Assembly: GCA_951406725.2 (NCBI GenBank)
Contig: OX597828.1
Location: 1,426,001 to 1,490,000 of the forward strand
Origin: Octopus vulgaris
Lineage: Eukaryota
DNA length: 64,000 bases
Direction of reading: 5' to 3'
The notes beneath the pieces are model-generated. The model worked only from the letters and a program-made list of their open reading frames with translations. It did no database searches and was not told the DNA's origin. Position 1 is the stretch's first letter, and each line of letters opens with the position of its first letter. Shown here piece after piece: positions 26,790 to 38,300 of this stretch. A program made the translations under genes and the position numbers.

Positions 26790-29720
26790 CGTATAAAATC
26801 TAAGAAATTCCCTCCCAAGATCAAAGGCTTGGAAGATTTCGAAGCGGACCTACTGAAGCTTATGAATAAAATAAAATTTCGTAAGTCTTTTAACAATTTC
26901 CAACACAAACTGAAAAAAGATATAAACTACATAAAAAGCGGCACTTTTTTTCCGACAAAGAACTTGTAACTGGTAGAAAACAGCAAATATTCATAACTCT
27001 TACACAACAACATCGTTAATAATTACACCAAGGCTAGGCCACAGACCTATAACGAAATTAACAAGGAAGCTAGCGTTATCGCCGCTAGACTTAAATTAGA
27101 TTAAAAAAATAGAGGTTCTTCCCCAAAAAGAGGCCTTTATTACAATTAAAGACCACAAAGAGAACTTCCTTTCCAACCCTAAATGTAGGCTTATCAACCC
27201 AGCTGAGTCAGAACTTGGCATTATTAGTACAGAAATTTTAGATAAAATAAATGCGAAAATTAAGACTGCCACTAGGCTAGTACAATGGTCCAATAGTATA
27301 GAAGTCGTCGACTGGTTTAAAGCCATTGAGAATAAGTAAAAAGCGAGGTTTACACAATTCGATATTGTCGATTTTTATACCTCTATCTCTAAAGAACTGC
27401 TAGATAAAGCCCTCACCTTCGCCAGCGATTTCATAGAAATCAGTACACAGGATAAAGATATAATCTTCCATGCTAGAAAGACTTTACTTTTCAGCGAGAA
27501 CGCAGAGTGGGTCAAAAATACCGACACAGAGGGTGCTTTCGATGTGAGCATGGGGTCATATGATGGATCAGGCATATGCGATCTTATTGGATTATTTCTA
27601 CTCCATACGTTGGGTAAGACATTTCCTGACGTATATTTCGCCATCTACAAAGGTGATGCCCTCGCTTTAACCGCTAATACAAATGGACCAGCATAGGATC
27701 GATTTAGGAAGGATATTATCCATTTAATGAAAAACTTCGGACTTAGTATAACTATAGATACCAACCTGATGGTTGTCACATTCCTGGACGTATCCTTAGA
27801 TCTAAATAAGAACACTTATAAGCCTTATAAGAAGCCCAATGATAGACTTAGTTATATTAATGTAGGTTCATGCCATCCCCCTATAGTATTTAAAAATTTA
27901 GTTAAAAACATTAGCAAGAGAATTTCTAGCCTCTCCTCCGATAGGGACATTTTTAATAGCGTTGCCCCAGTATATAATAAGGCTCTAAAAGATAGTGGTT
28001 TTAGCGAAGAAATAACCTATACACCTATCACTAGCTCAACAATGAAGAAGAGGAGAAATAGAAATAGGAAGATCATCTGGTTTAAACCTCCCTACTCACC
28101 CGAGGTGACCTTCAATATAGGCAAATATTTCTTAGGACTGATAGATAGACATTTTTCAGTCAACCATACTTACAGGAAGCTCTTCAATAAACACAACTTA
28201 AAAATTAGTTTCAGCTCAACTACCAATTTTAAAAATATAATCGCACATAACACACAAAAGCCACAATACGAAAACAGCTGTTCATGCAGAGATAAAAAAA
28301 ATTGTGCCCGCTAAATGGAGCTTGCATGTCCGAGACCATCATCTACAAAGCTACCGTGGACTCTATACCCACTAAAGACACGGTTTCGACGAAGAAATAC
28401 GTGGGCCTTACAGAGGGTAATTTCAAGGCTAGGTTCAATAATCACACCTTGAGCTTTAAGCACTGGGACAAAAGGAAAACGACAAAATTATCCAGTCATA
28501 TATGGTCATTAAAAGATAAAGGTGTCAGTTACAACATCCATTGGAAGATTTTAGCCAAATGTAAGCCCTGCACCAACGGCAGCGGAAACTGCGGTCTATG
28601 CGACATGGAAAGATGGCTCATCTGGTAAAGCAGCTTAGACCCCGCTACATGTCTAAACTCAAGGATAGAACTTTTCGGATCATGTCCACATGTGACCAAA
28701 TTTTTTGCTACGTTTTTGGTCCCCCCAAGACTACAGATAGAACTTGCTTTCTATATTATATCCACGCACAATTTTTTTTTATCTCATTATACCTTTTACT
28801 TTTATTTTATTTATATATTTTTAATACATATATTATAGAAAATTTGGTTTATAGATATATATTTTTTACATATAATTTTTTCTGTACTCAACCTTCCACC
28901 CTGCATTTTACCTTATGCCTATATAGACGTGTATATGGAATCCTTTGTATGCGCGTGTGGATGTGTACGTGTGTGGAGGTATGTATGTATGTATATAGAT
29001 GTGTGCGTGTGTGCGGACATACGAGTACATATATATATAGACGTATTTTACTTAGCGTTTTTACAACTTTTCCTTTTTTTAGACGTATGTATAATCCTTT
29101 TTGTGCGTGCGTATGTGTGTATGCGTATATAGACGTGTGCGGGTACGTGCATATATGGGCGTGTGTGTGTGTGTGCGTGAATAAGGGTTATGTCCGTATA
29201 TGAACGTGGTTTACACTTTGTATACTTCCTTATGCCTTTTTTCTGTATAGTTACCCGTAACCCTGTTTTTTCTGGTGCTTGTGCGTATGTAGACGTATGT
29301 ATGAACTTTTATGGTGCGCGCGTGTGTGTGGGTTTGTATGTATATGCATATACATTTGGCGAAAGATGCGAGTGAAGATGTGTACGTTTTTCTAGTGAGG
29401 GTAGACGAATGTATGCAGACGCACGTGGGTGTACGGGCGCACATGTGTACGTATGAACAAGCGTGCTTACGCGTATACTATGAATTTTTTACCCCCTTAC
29501 CTTAATTAGCGGTCATTCGAATAGCGCTTTTGTCTAAATAGCCGTCAATAACATAGTATTTTCCCTTTGTATAATGGTCTTTTTTCATAGCGTTTTTCCG
29601 ATGGCCGGATAACCGAAGAGATGGTGGTGTGGATTTCCACCTCGGCATCCGAAACTCAGAGTTTTATCTTGGCTACCGAATATTTGTCACATATTACATT
29701 TACAGATATACATAGATATA
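26790..29720 (+). mobile_element. Penelope-like element (YRDD-type RT, GIY-YIG endonuclease, long 3' region), decayed
   Basis: AFITIKDHKENFLSNPKCRLINPA; FTQFDIVDFYTSIS; FDVSMGSYDGSGICDLIG; FLDVSLDL..YKPYKKPN; CSCRDKKNCPL..C..IIYKA..YVGLTEGNFKARFNNH..CGLCDME. Confidence 0.9.
29608..29668 (+). ncRNA. Type I hammerhead-like motif with CCGA core in PLE 3' repeat
   Basis: gataa-CCGAAGA-gatg..(gtgg attt ccac)..catc c-GAAA-ctcaga-GTT-ttatc; perfect 5-bp stem I. Confidence 0.6.
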
Positions 29721-29912
29721 AGAGGGAATTTTTTAACCACTATGTGGAAACCCTTATGCTAGAAGAAGATCCGCTATGGTCTTCACCACTAAGATTTGTT
29801 CTCCAGAAAAATTTAGCACACCAGAAACGTAAGCGAGCAAGACAAATGAAAAGTAACGAAAATATAGATTAATCATAAACAATTGTTTCACTATCAACAA
29901 ATTACGTAATTT
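29721..29912. repeat. ~190-bp direct duplication, second copy at 30265-30457
   Basis: agagggaattttttaaccactatgtggaaacccttatgc...aattacgtaattt, near identical. Confidence 0.9.
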
Positions 29913-30139
29913 TACTTACACAATTTATCTGTAGATCGTCAGTATGATCGTCTATGCAGAATATAATCCGCAGAACTTTACTCCAGATATCAACACGAGG
30001 TCAAAAATGCATGTAGTTCTACCTATTACATTTGCGGTTATTTTCAAAAGTCTTCGTTTAGGCGTGCTAAATTACCGGAAATAAAAACTGCATAAATAAT
30101 TCACTGCAATAGTTTTCGCCAGTTTGAGAACGTATCAAT

Positions 30140-30554
30140 TTAAAATTAAAATCAAAATGAGGGTGAAAAAATTGGATATTAATTTGATATCCTCAATTTT
30201 AACACCAGTGGTCTAGCATATAAAAAACTGAGATTCAGTAAATAGTATTTCATACATAAATATTAGAGGGAATTTTTTTAACCACTATGTGGAAACCCTT
30301 ATGCAAGAAGAAGATCCGCTTTGGTCTTCACCACTAAGAATTGTTCTCCAGAAAAATTTAGCACACCAGAAACGTAAGCGAGCAAGACAAATGAAAAGTA
30401 ACGAAAATATAGATTAATCATAAACAATTGTTTCACTATCAATAAATTACGTAATTTATCGTAAATATCATACTCTACTCTTCCAAATATAAGTACCATA
30501 ATAGCTAAATTAAATAGAAAAAATATTAAACTAGCCAGAAATATTGGAAATAAC

Positions 30555-30618
<64 letters not shown>

Positions 30619-32963
30619 GTAATAATAATAATAATATTAATATAACCAATAATAATAATAATATCAATAATATCAATGATAACATTAATAATGAGAATGG
30701 TGAGAAAAATTAGAAACAAATTAGCCAAAACCATAACTTAATATAATTATAGATAAGGGGAATACTATTAATGTTAATAATGGTTTTAATAATAACAATA
30801 AAAACAACTTGTTCCCAAATAATACTAATATAAAAAATCATCCCTCCCAGTTGTAATTGTAGAACCAGGTCTCACTGTCCGGTATCTGGTCGGTGTCTGG
30901 TCCAAAACGTAGTTTATAAATGTACAGTAATGACTTCAAATAATAGCTTTATTTATTTCGGTTGTACTATAGACCTTAAGAAGTGTATAAACAATCATTA
31001 TTCAAGTTTTAGACTTAAACAAAAGGCAGGTTGCACAACGCAATCTAATAAAATTTGGGAGTTAAAAGGAAATAATATTAGATTTAGTCTTAAATGGGAC
31101 ATAGTAAGAAAGGTACAGCCTTATAAAAATAGTAGAGATGGATGTGAGCTTTGCTCTATGGAGATATATGAAATTTTGAAACATAGGGATAATGTAAACT
31201 TATTAAATAACCGTTTTGAACTAGGAGTATCGTGCATACCTTGTACTACCTGTACCTTTAAATATTTTAAAGAATAGCATTCTTGTTATTCCTAAATTTT
31301 AAATATTAATGCTTTTTAAAATCCAATAAGGAAATAATATACCCCACTATTTTTTATTTAATCAACAATAGGTATTAAGAAATTTAGTAACATAAGCAAA
31401 TTGAATAAAGTTGAATAAAATTGTTTAAAAAATTTCTATAATTATTAAATACATTCTATATATCTAATGAAATTATTAAGTTGTATACCTAATCCACAAT
31501 AAGTTTTAAAGAACTGGTCATTTCCATATCTATTTCTGCAGGAATTCTACTCCCCCTAATTCTTTTTTTAATATTATAAATATTACCTCTAACTAGCCTA
31601 AATTATTATACCCCATAAAACCACACTTCACTCTTTAATACTAAATTTAAATATTCCAAATTTTAGGAACTTACATCTTGGTTGCCTCCCTTCCATTATA
31701 TTTTAAAGTTTTTTTTTATATGTGTGCCAATTAATACCTTATTTACTAGGAATATTCTCATTAAAAGTTCTTCTAATTCCCCTTAATTAATATTCAAAAC
31801 CTGATAAAGAATAGATAATAATATCTAGGTTATTTGCTTTTTATTTCTCTAAAACAACCCTACCCTCATGATCTTTGTATGTATTAGAAAGTTTTTAAAA
31901 TGGATTTTAAATAAAGAAGATAACATTTTACAAGTACCAATTAATAAATATAAATTAACATATAAGGAATGATAATAACTTTTTCTTAAATCTATAATAG
32001 AACCCAAAATTTTATAAAAGTCTTATTAATAATATAACTTTTACCCAATAGCTTGATCATTTCTTTACCCGATATTAAACACTAGTCATTCATGACAATT
32101 CCCATGATAAGTAAATATTAATTTTAATCTAGAAATTATAAAATTATAAGAGATTTTCTTATAGCAGCTTACCTCACCTATTAATATAAATAAGCTAGGT
32201 ATATTCTATAATAAGATTTTAGAACACAAATCTATTCTACCCCTTATCTATAATATTCTACAACAACTTTATATTTATTTTTCAACTCTCTAAAATGTAC
32301 CTATTTATTTCAAATTACCATTGGGATTATGGCTGTCAAATAGTTAAGTATTATAAGTTTTTACTCTCCCTACCCCATCAGCTTTAGCCGGCTAATTTTG
32401 GCTGGAATATATTCTACCGGACCCAAATGGTTTCTAATTCAAAGGGATCTTGATTTATGACTCTGTCACTTAAACTGTCTTTTTTACTCTATCCATAAAA
32501 GATAGATTCTTGTTTTCCACTAGACCTGATAAAGTAGTCTTAAACCCTCACCCCCAGTAGTAAATCCAAATAACAAAGTAAATCAATGATAAGCAGTTTC
32601 TTCACGAAATAAATATCAGTTACTACTATGATTTTGTTGATGAAACTTGTTCTCTGTCTACCTACTTACCCTCTTTGTGATTTTGGTTAATGGAATAACT
32701 ATAAAAATGAATCTTTTAAATTTAACTAAATTCTATATTTTTATGCAGCTGAAGATTGCTTTACATTTTAAAACTGATGTAATACTTGCATTGTTCAATT
32801 AAATGGAGTCGCATGAAACGAACGTACTACATTACCTCTGGTTATCCTCGTTGCTTATTTTGATTATAATCACCCCATTTTGAATTATATGGATAATACC
32901 ATACTAAATTCTGGTGCCTTTAACTTAAGTACCATAGTCTACTGAATCTAAATTTTTACTGAA

Positions 32964-32966
<3 letters not shown>
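30140..32966 (+). mobile_element. 5'-truncated Penelope-like element: inverted terminal piece, GIY-YIG endonuclease and long AT-rich 3' region
   Basis: ISYSTLPNISTII; CNCRTRSHCPVSGRCLVQNVVYKC; IYFGCT..KKCINNHYSSF; SNKIWELK..CELCSME; ends in (TA)n. Confidence 0.8.
32745..32830 (+). ncRNA. Hammerhead-like motif with long stem II insertion (PLE 3' repeat)
   Basis: gcag-CTGAAGA-ttgc...gcat-GAAA-cgaac-GTA-ctac. Confidence 0.5.
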
Positions 32967-33021
<55 letters not shown>

Positions 33022-33713
33022 CATATACATATATACAAACACCAGTTGCTGACGTCACGTAACTCTAGACCAATCAAAACCGAACTTCTGCAAATACAAC
33101 AAAATGACCCTTTAAGAGGATTAACCAGCCGGAACGACTGATGACCGTTCTTCACAAGGAAGCCAACCAGGTAGAACGACAAACTTGACCACCGGAAAAA
33201 CAAGACGTCACCAGTACTTTAATGAATCAGTAATTAGATCCGCTCGGATTCCAAAACACAGTTACAAACGAAAGTTCCCACACACGACGGAATGAGGATC
33301 AGAGAAATTGAAACCAAATCCTTATTTTTACTATCTTCACTTCTCCCTTTATTTTCCCTTCTTAACTCAGTACGATTCATTTCTTATCGACCACTACTAG
33401 CACTAATAAGCTTTGTAAATTCAAACAAATTGATGTACAGTTTTAATAATATTTTCAATATTATAATGTCTTTGATATTATTAAATGTTCATAAGAACAT
33501 TTAAACTTGTCAACATCAAAATGTTTGAACATGCTTTTCTAAATTTGTTTGTTATGAACATTTTAATTTGTCAACTTTGAAACCTTTAAAGATGTTTTTT
33601 TAAAATTCATAATTCTAAAAATATTATTGAAACTAGTTTGGTATATATGTAATTAAATTTATTTTAAACAATCACAAGTTTTTCAAATTTAGGTGCATTT
33701 TCAACAACAAATT

Positions 33714-33776
<63 letters not shown>

Positions 33777-33870
33777 CATTAAATTTAGGGTAAAAATTGA
33801 TATTTATCAATTAGAACCAGTGGTCTAGCATATTAAAGAAAGAATCCGAAGATTAAAATATTTATATATA

Positions 33871-34097
33871 CCAATTAAGGACTGAACACGAAAAAGTGGA
33901 CAGTCAACATGCTAGATATAGACGTCAAATCGCCATTCTCCACAAAAAGTCTATGTTCTCAGATCAAACTCAACACAAAACATCCTGTTTTGTGTTGAGT
34001 TTGATCTGAGAACATAGACTTTTTGTGGAGAATGGCGATTTGACGTCTATATCTAGCATGTTGACTGTCCACTTTTTCGTGTTCAGTCCTTAATTGG
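33871..34097. repeat. Perfect palindrome with 112-bp arms and a 3-nt loop inside (TA)n
   Basis: 33871-33982 is the reverse complement of 33986-34097; loop tcc. Confidence 0.95.
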
Positions 34098-34301
34098 TAT
34101 ATATATATATATATATATTCAGAAATATTAAATTTCTAAATCTCTCATAGAGATATGTACGGTGGTGGGGCGATAGAATGGTTATATTCTGTCAATCTAA
34201 CGTGAACGTGACAGTAGGGGGTTACACCACAGCTGTTTAGCCCTAGGAAGCATCGACGCTTCCTGCTGGCTTCGACACATTTTTCCTGTGTCCTTATATA
34301 C

Positions 34302-34381
<80 letters not shown>

Positions 34382-34734
34382 GGAGAACAGGGTAAATTTA
34401 ACTAACTAGAGTTCATCTACTTTCACTGAAGTACCCGCTAGGATTATATATCTCTATTAACCATTTTGACAAAATTTGTTTGATATATGTATATTTCTGA
34501 GAAGACTATAGTTTCAGGAATATGCACCATTATACAAAGACTCATTACGAAAAAGCGGTTTCAATGAGGATATCACATACTCTCCTCGTATTGATCTTCA
34601 GCATAACCAGAACCAACCATCAATGCTTTCGCCGACGTAAGGTAACATGGTATAACCTTCTACAATACTAATATAAAAACCTTCTCTAGAACTTTCTTCT
34701 CTTATCGACAACATTACTTCCACATTATCGTTAC

Positions 34735-34956
34735 TCTCTTTACTCTTACTCTTTTACTTGTTTCAGCCATTTGACTGTGGCCATGCTGGAGCACCGCTTT
34801 TAGTCGAGTAAATTGACCCCAGGACTTATTCTTTGTAAGTTTAGTACGTATTCTATCGATCTCTTATGCTGAACCACTAAGTTACACGGACGTAAACACA
34901 CCAGCATCGGTTGTCAAGCGATGTTGGGGGGACAAACACAGACACACAAACGTATA

Positions 34957-35048
<92 letters not shown>

Positions 35049-35190
35049 TACGACGGGCTTCTTTCAGTTTCCGTCTACGAAATCCACTCACAAGGCTTTG
35101 GTCGTCCCGAGGCTATAGTAGTGGGACTGAACTCGGAACTATGTCATTGGTAAGCAAGCTACTTACCACACACCCACTCCTACGCCTTGG
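34735..35190 (-). mobile_element. tRNA-derived SINE, same family as 23148
   Basis: Reverse complement of the 23148-23525 body with expanded internal (CA)/(TA) repeat. Confidence 0.85.
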
Positions 35191-35378
35191 AAAATTTCCA
35201 AAAGAACACAACACTTTCATTCTCAACCAAATCCACCTTAGAGTAGACTATTACTTTTACAACATTCTACAGTTTAACAGACATAGAACATACCTGGATA
35301 GCCCTAACAACCCCCAAAATAGAGCCTGTAACATTTTTGAAGCCACAGCTTTCCTCACTTTGTCCCAAGAAAAATTTT

Positions 35379-38300
35379 TGTGGGAGAGTCCTGACCACCT
35401 CCACGTGACCAAAAGTGGACCGACGCATTTCAATAAAATAAAATAACTGTGTGAACTGTAGGCAGTTGACAGTCTCCGTTTTTCTGTTCCGTTTCATCAT
35501 TTTTGATCGCTGTTAGACGTGAGTAACATTGTTTATTATTTGTTGAAGGTCTCCCCTCGTGGGTGTACCTACGATTGTTGATTGTTGAAATTGCTGGTTT
35601 TTTACATACGAGTTTGTTGATTTGTGTTTTTGTTCCCATTTAGGGGAGAACCTGAGAAGAGAAGAAAAATGGAAATTGAACCAGCAGAAGGCCACAGTTA
35701 TGCGGCAGCAACTGGCAGAGGAGTGGACTCGGATGCTTTGGAGGTTCGGAGGTTCGCGAAGTAAAAGTAGAACCGAAGAAGCTAAAAGAGTGCGTAAAGT
35801 TACTGGAAAACGAAGGCTATAACCTAAAATTAACGCCACCAGGTGAACTAACAAAGAGTGTAAGAAAGAGAACAGTGATATACAAAACATTGAAAGTGTC
35901 ATCCCGAAAAATTGAAATCGAAATTATCGAAGCCATTGAAGAGTGCCTAAAAGAAGTCAAAAAGTTCATGTTCATCACAAGAGGAAGAAAGTATGGCACA
36001 GTGGAGGTGTGATTCGTGACGGAAGACTCCACTGTAGCCATAAAGACGGAAGAGTGGGTACTTTTGCCAACATACTGTGGCAAGCTTGTTGCCAGGATGA
36101 GAGTAGGAAAATTGCCATCGGAAATAAACGAAACATGGTTGGTTGCAGCGATAATGTTCAATATGGAAGAAGACGCAAAACTACTGAGAGTGACGGGAAC
36201 TTTTAGTTGAATCAATAGGGTTATGGCATAGAGATGGCCATACAAGCAAGTTTAAGTGACCTAAACAAAATTGGAGAGGAAATAATTTTACCCGCGGATG
36301 TGAGGCTGAGAGTGCTACCTATGTGGAGAGAAAGGCTATATGAAGGCGAGGTGTCCCCAGAAAGAAAAGGAGGAACAACAGATGAAACAGTCTGAGGAGA
36401 GGGTGGACGAAGTGGTACCGGATGATGTGAAAGAGACGGCAATAACAGAGGAAGCATTCACAGTAGTTAAAAAAACGAAAAAGAAAAAAAAGAGTAATCT
36501 CTCCGTCGGAGAGGCAGAAAAAGAAGAAAGAAGTAGATAAGGAAGTTGTGAAGGCAGTTGAGAAGGAGGTTGAGAAGGTGGTTGAGAAGGAGCTTGAGGA
36601 GTAGCTCGAGGAGGAGCTTGAGAAAGGGGAGACAGTAGCAAGGAGAGGAGGAGGAGACAGTAGCAAGTGGAGGAGGTAGATTTAGGCGGTGTAGAAAGAC
36701 AACAGCATGAAGGTGAAACAGCGACACTAACGAGAAAGGAGGAGGATAAAGACAGAGAGAAGGCGCCAAGAGTGGAGCAAAGAAAAAAACAAACAAGCGA
36801 GAAAGCCGAAGATGCATAAGTGGAATTTCGTGACATACGCTAAGAGTACAACAACTAAAAGAAAGCTAACGAAGTTTAAATTCATAATAAGGGTTAAGTT
36901 GCCTACAGAGATTTACTCGGAAAATGTGAAGGCTATTGTAATTGATAAAGATAACAGGTTAAAGGAAATGTTTGGAAGGGATATTGATCCACTAGAAGTT
37001 TTGGTGGAGTCTGACGAACTGCCGCCAGTTAAGAGAACTGGAACCATTTATGAGATATTAAAAAAAGTAAGTAAAATTGTTTTTTAAAAAAAAAGAGAGG
37101 ACAAAAATGATGTTAATGGAAACAAAGCAAAGGACAGGAAAAGATCATAAACTGTGCGTAAAAACATTCAGATGGTACTGTATAAGAGTGAGGCTCATGC
37201 AGCCATTTCATTTTTTCATTATTATTTAACATTTTTCTTATTTTCATTCTTTTTGTGTTTTTTGTCCCCACTGTGGCTTTCTGTCTGTCCTTGTGCTGTC
37301 CCCGCTGTGTAAAAGCTTGAGTGCTTAAATAAAGAAAATAGTCGACAGTCAGTAGTTGACAGAGTGGATCGTTTATATTGGATTACTGTGTTAGTTTAAG
37401 ATCGTACTTAGGTTTGGCGTAGTACGGAGTACATTCTGCGTGAACATATTAATTCTGCAAAAGGTTATTCTAGATAACCATATCTAATATTTATTTGGGT
37501 AATATTATTCCTACACCAATCTACACTCCAACGTCATCATAACATTATTGGCGGCGAGGATATTCGAACCCAGACTGGATAGATTGTTGGTTGGAACATG
37601 GAAGAATTACTGGCTTCAGTAATTGAGTTACAGAAACAGCAGCTACAACAGCAACAACAGTAACAACAGTAACAATAGCAGTTGGTGGAATTGCAAAAGC
37701 AACGGCAACTGTTAATACAACTGCAACTCAATAAAACAGAAAATATATCGAATTCGTTCACTCCTGATATGGTCACAAACTCCATCGGTGATTTCACATA
37801 TAACCCGGATGAGGGTATTACCTTTCCTGCATACTACAGAATGTACGAGGAAACTTTTAAAGATGAGTGCTTGGATTGGCAAGATTAGGCAAAAACCTGA
37901 CTTGAGGTTGAGAAATTTGACCCCAGCCAAACACGAAAAATACTGCAACTCTATATTATTGAAGAGACCGGGGAAGTCTGTTTTAAAGAATCTGTTGAAA
38001 CCCTTTCAAAGATTTTCAGCGAGAAAAGCTCTTTATTTAATACGCGCTGGTAATGCATGAAAAAAAAGAGGACGATTTTATTACATACGGTAGAATCGTT
38101 AAGAGGGAATGTAGGAAATTTAAAATTAACGAACTAACACCAGACATGTTTAAATGTTTTGTTTTTTGTTCAGGAAAGACGCAGAAATTCGTAACCGAAT
38201 TCTGACTAAATTAGAACAGAACAAAAGCTAACATTATAAGAAATATCTGAGGAATGCCAGAGAAAAATAAACCTAAGGCACGATACGGAACAAATTGAAG

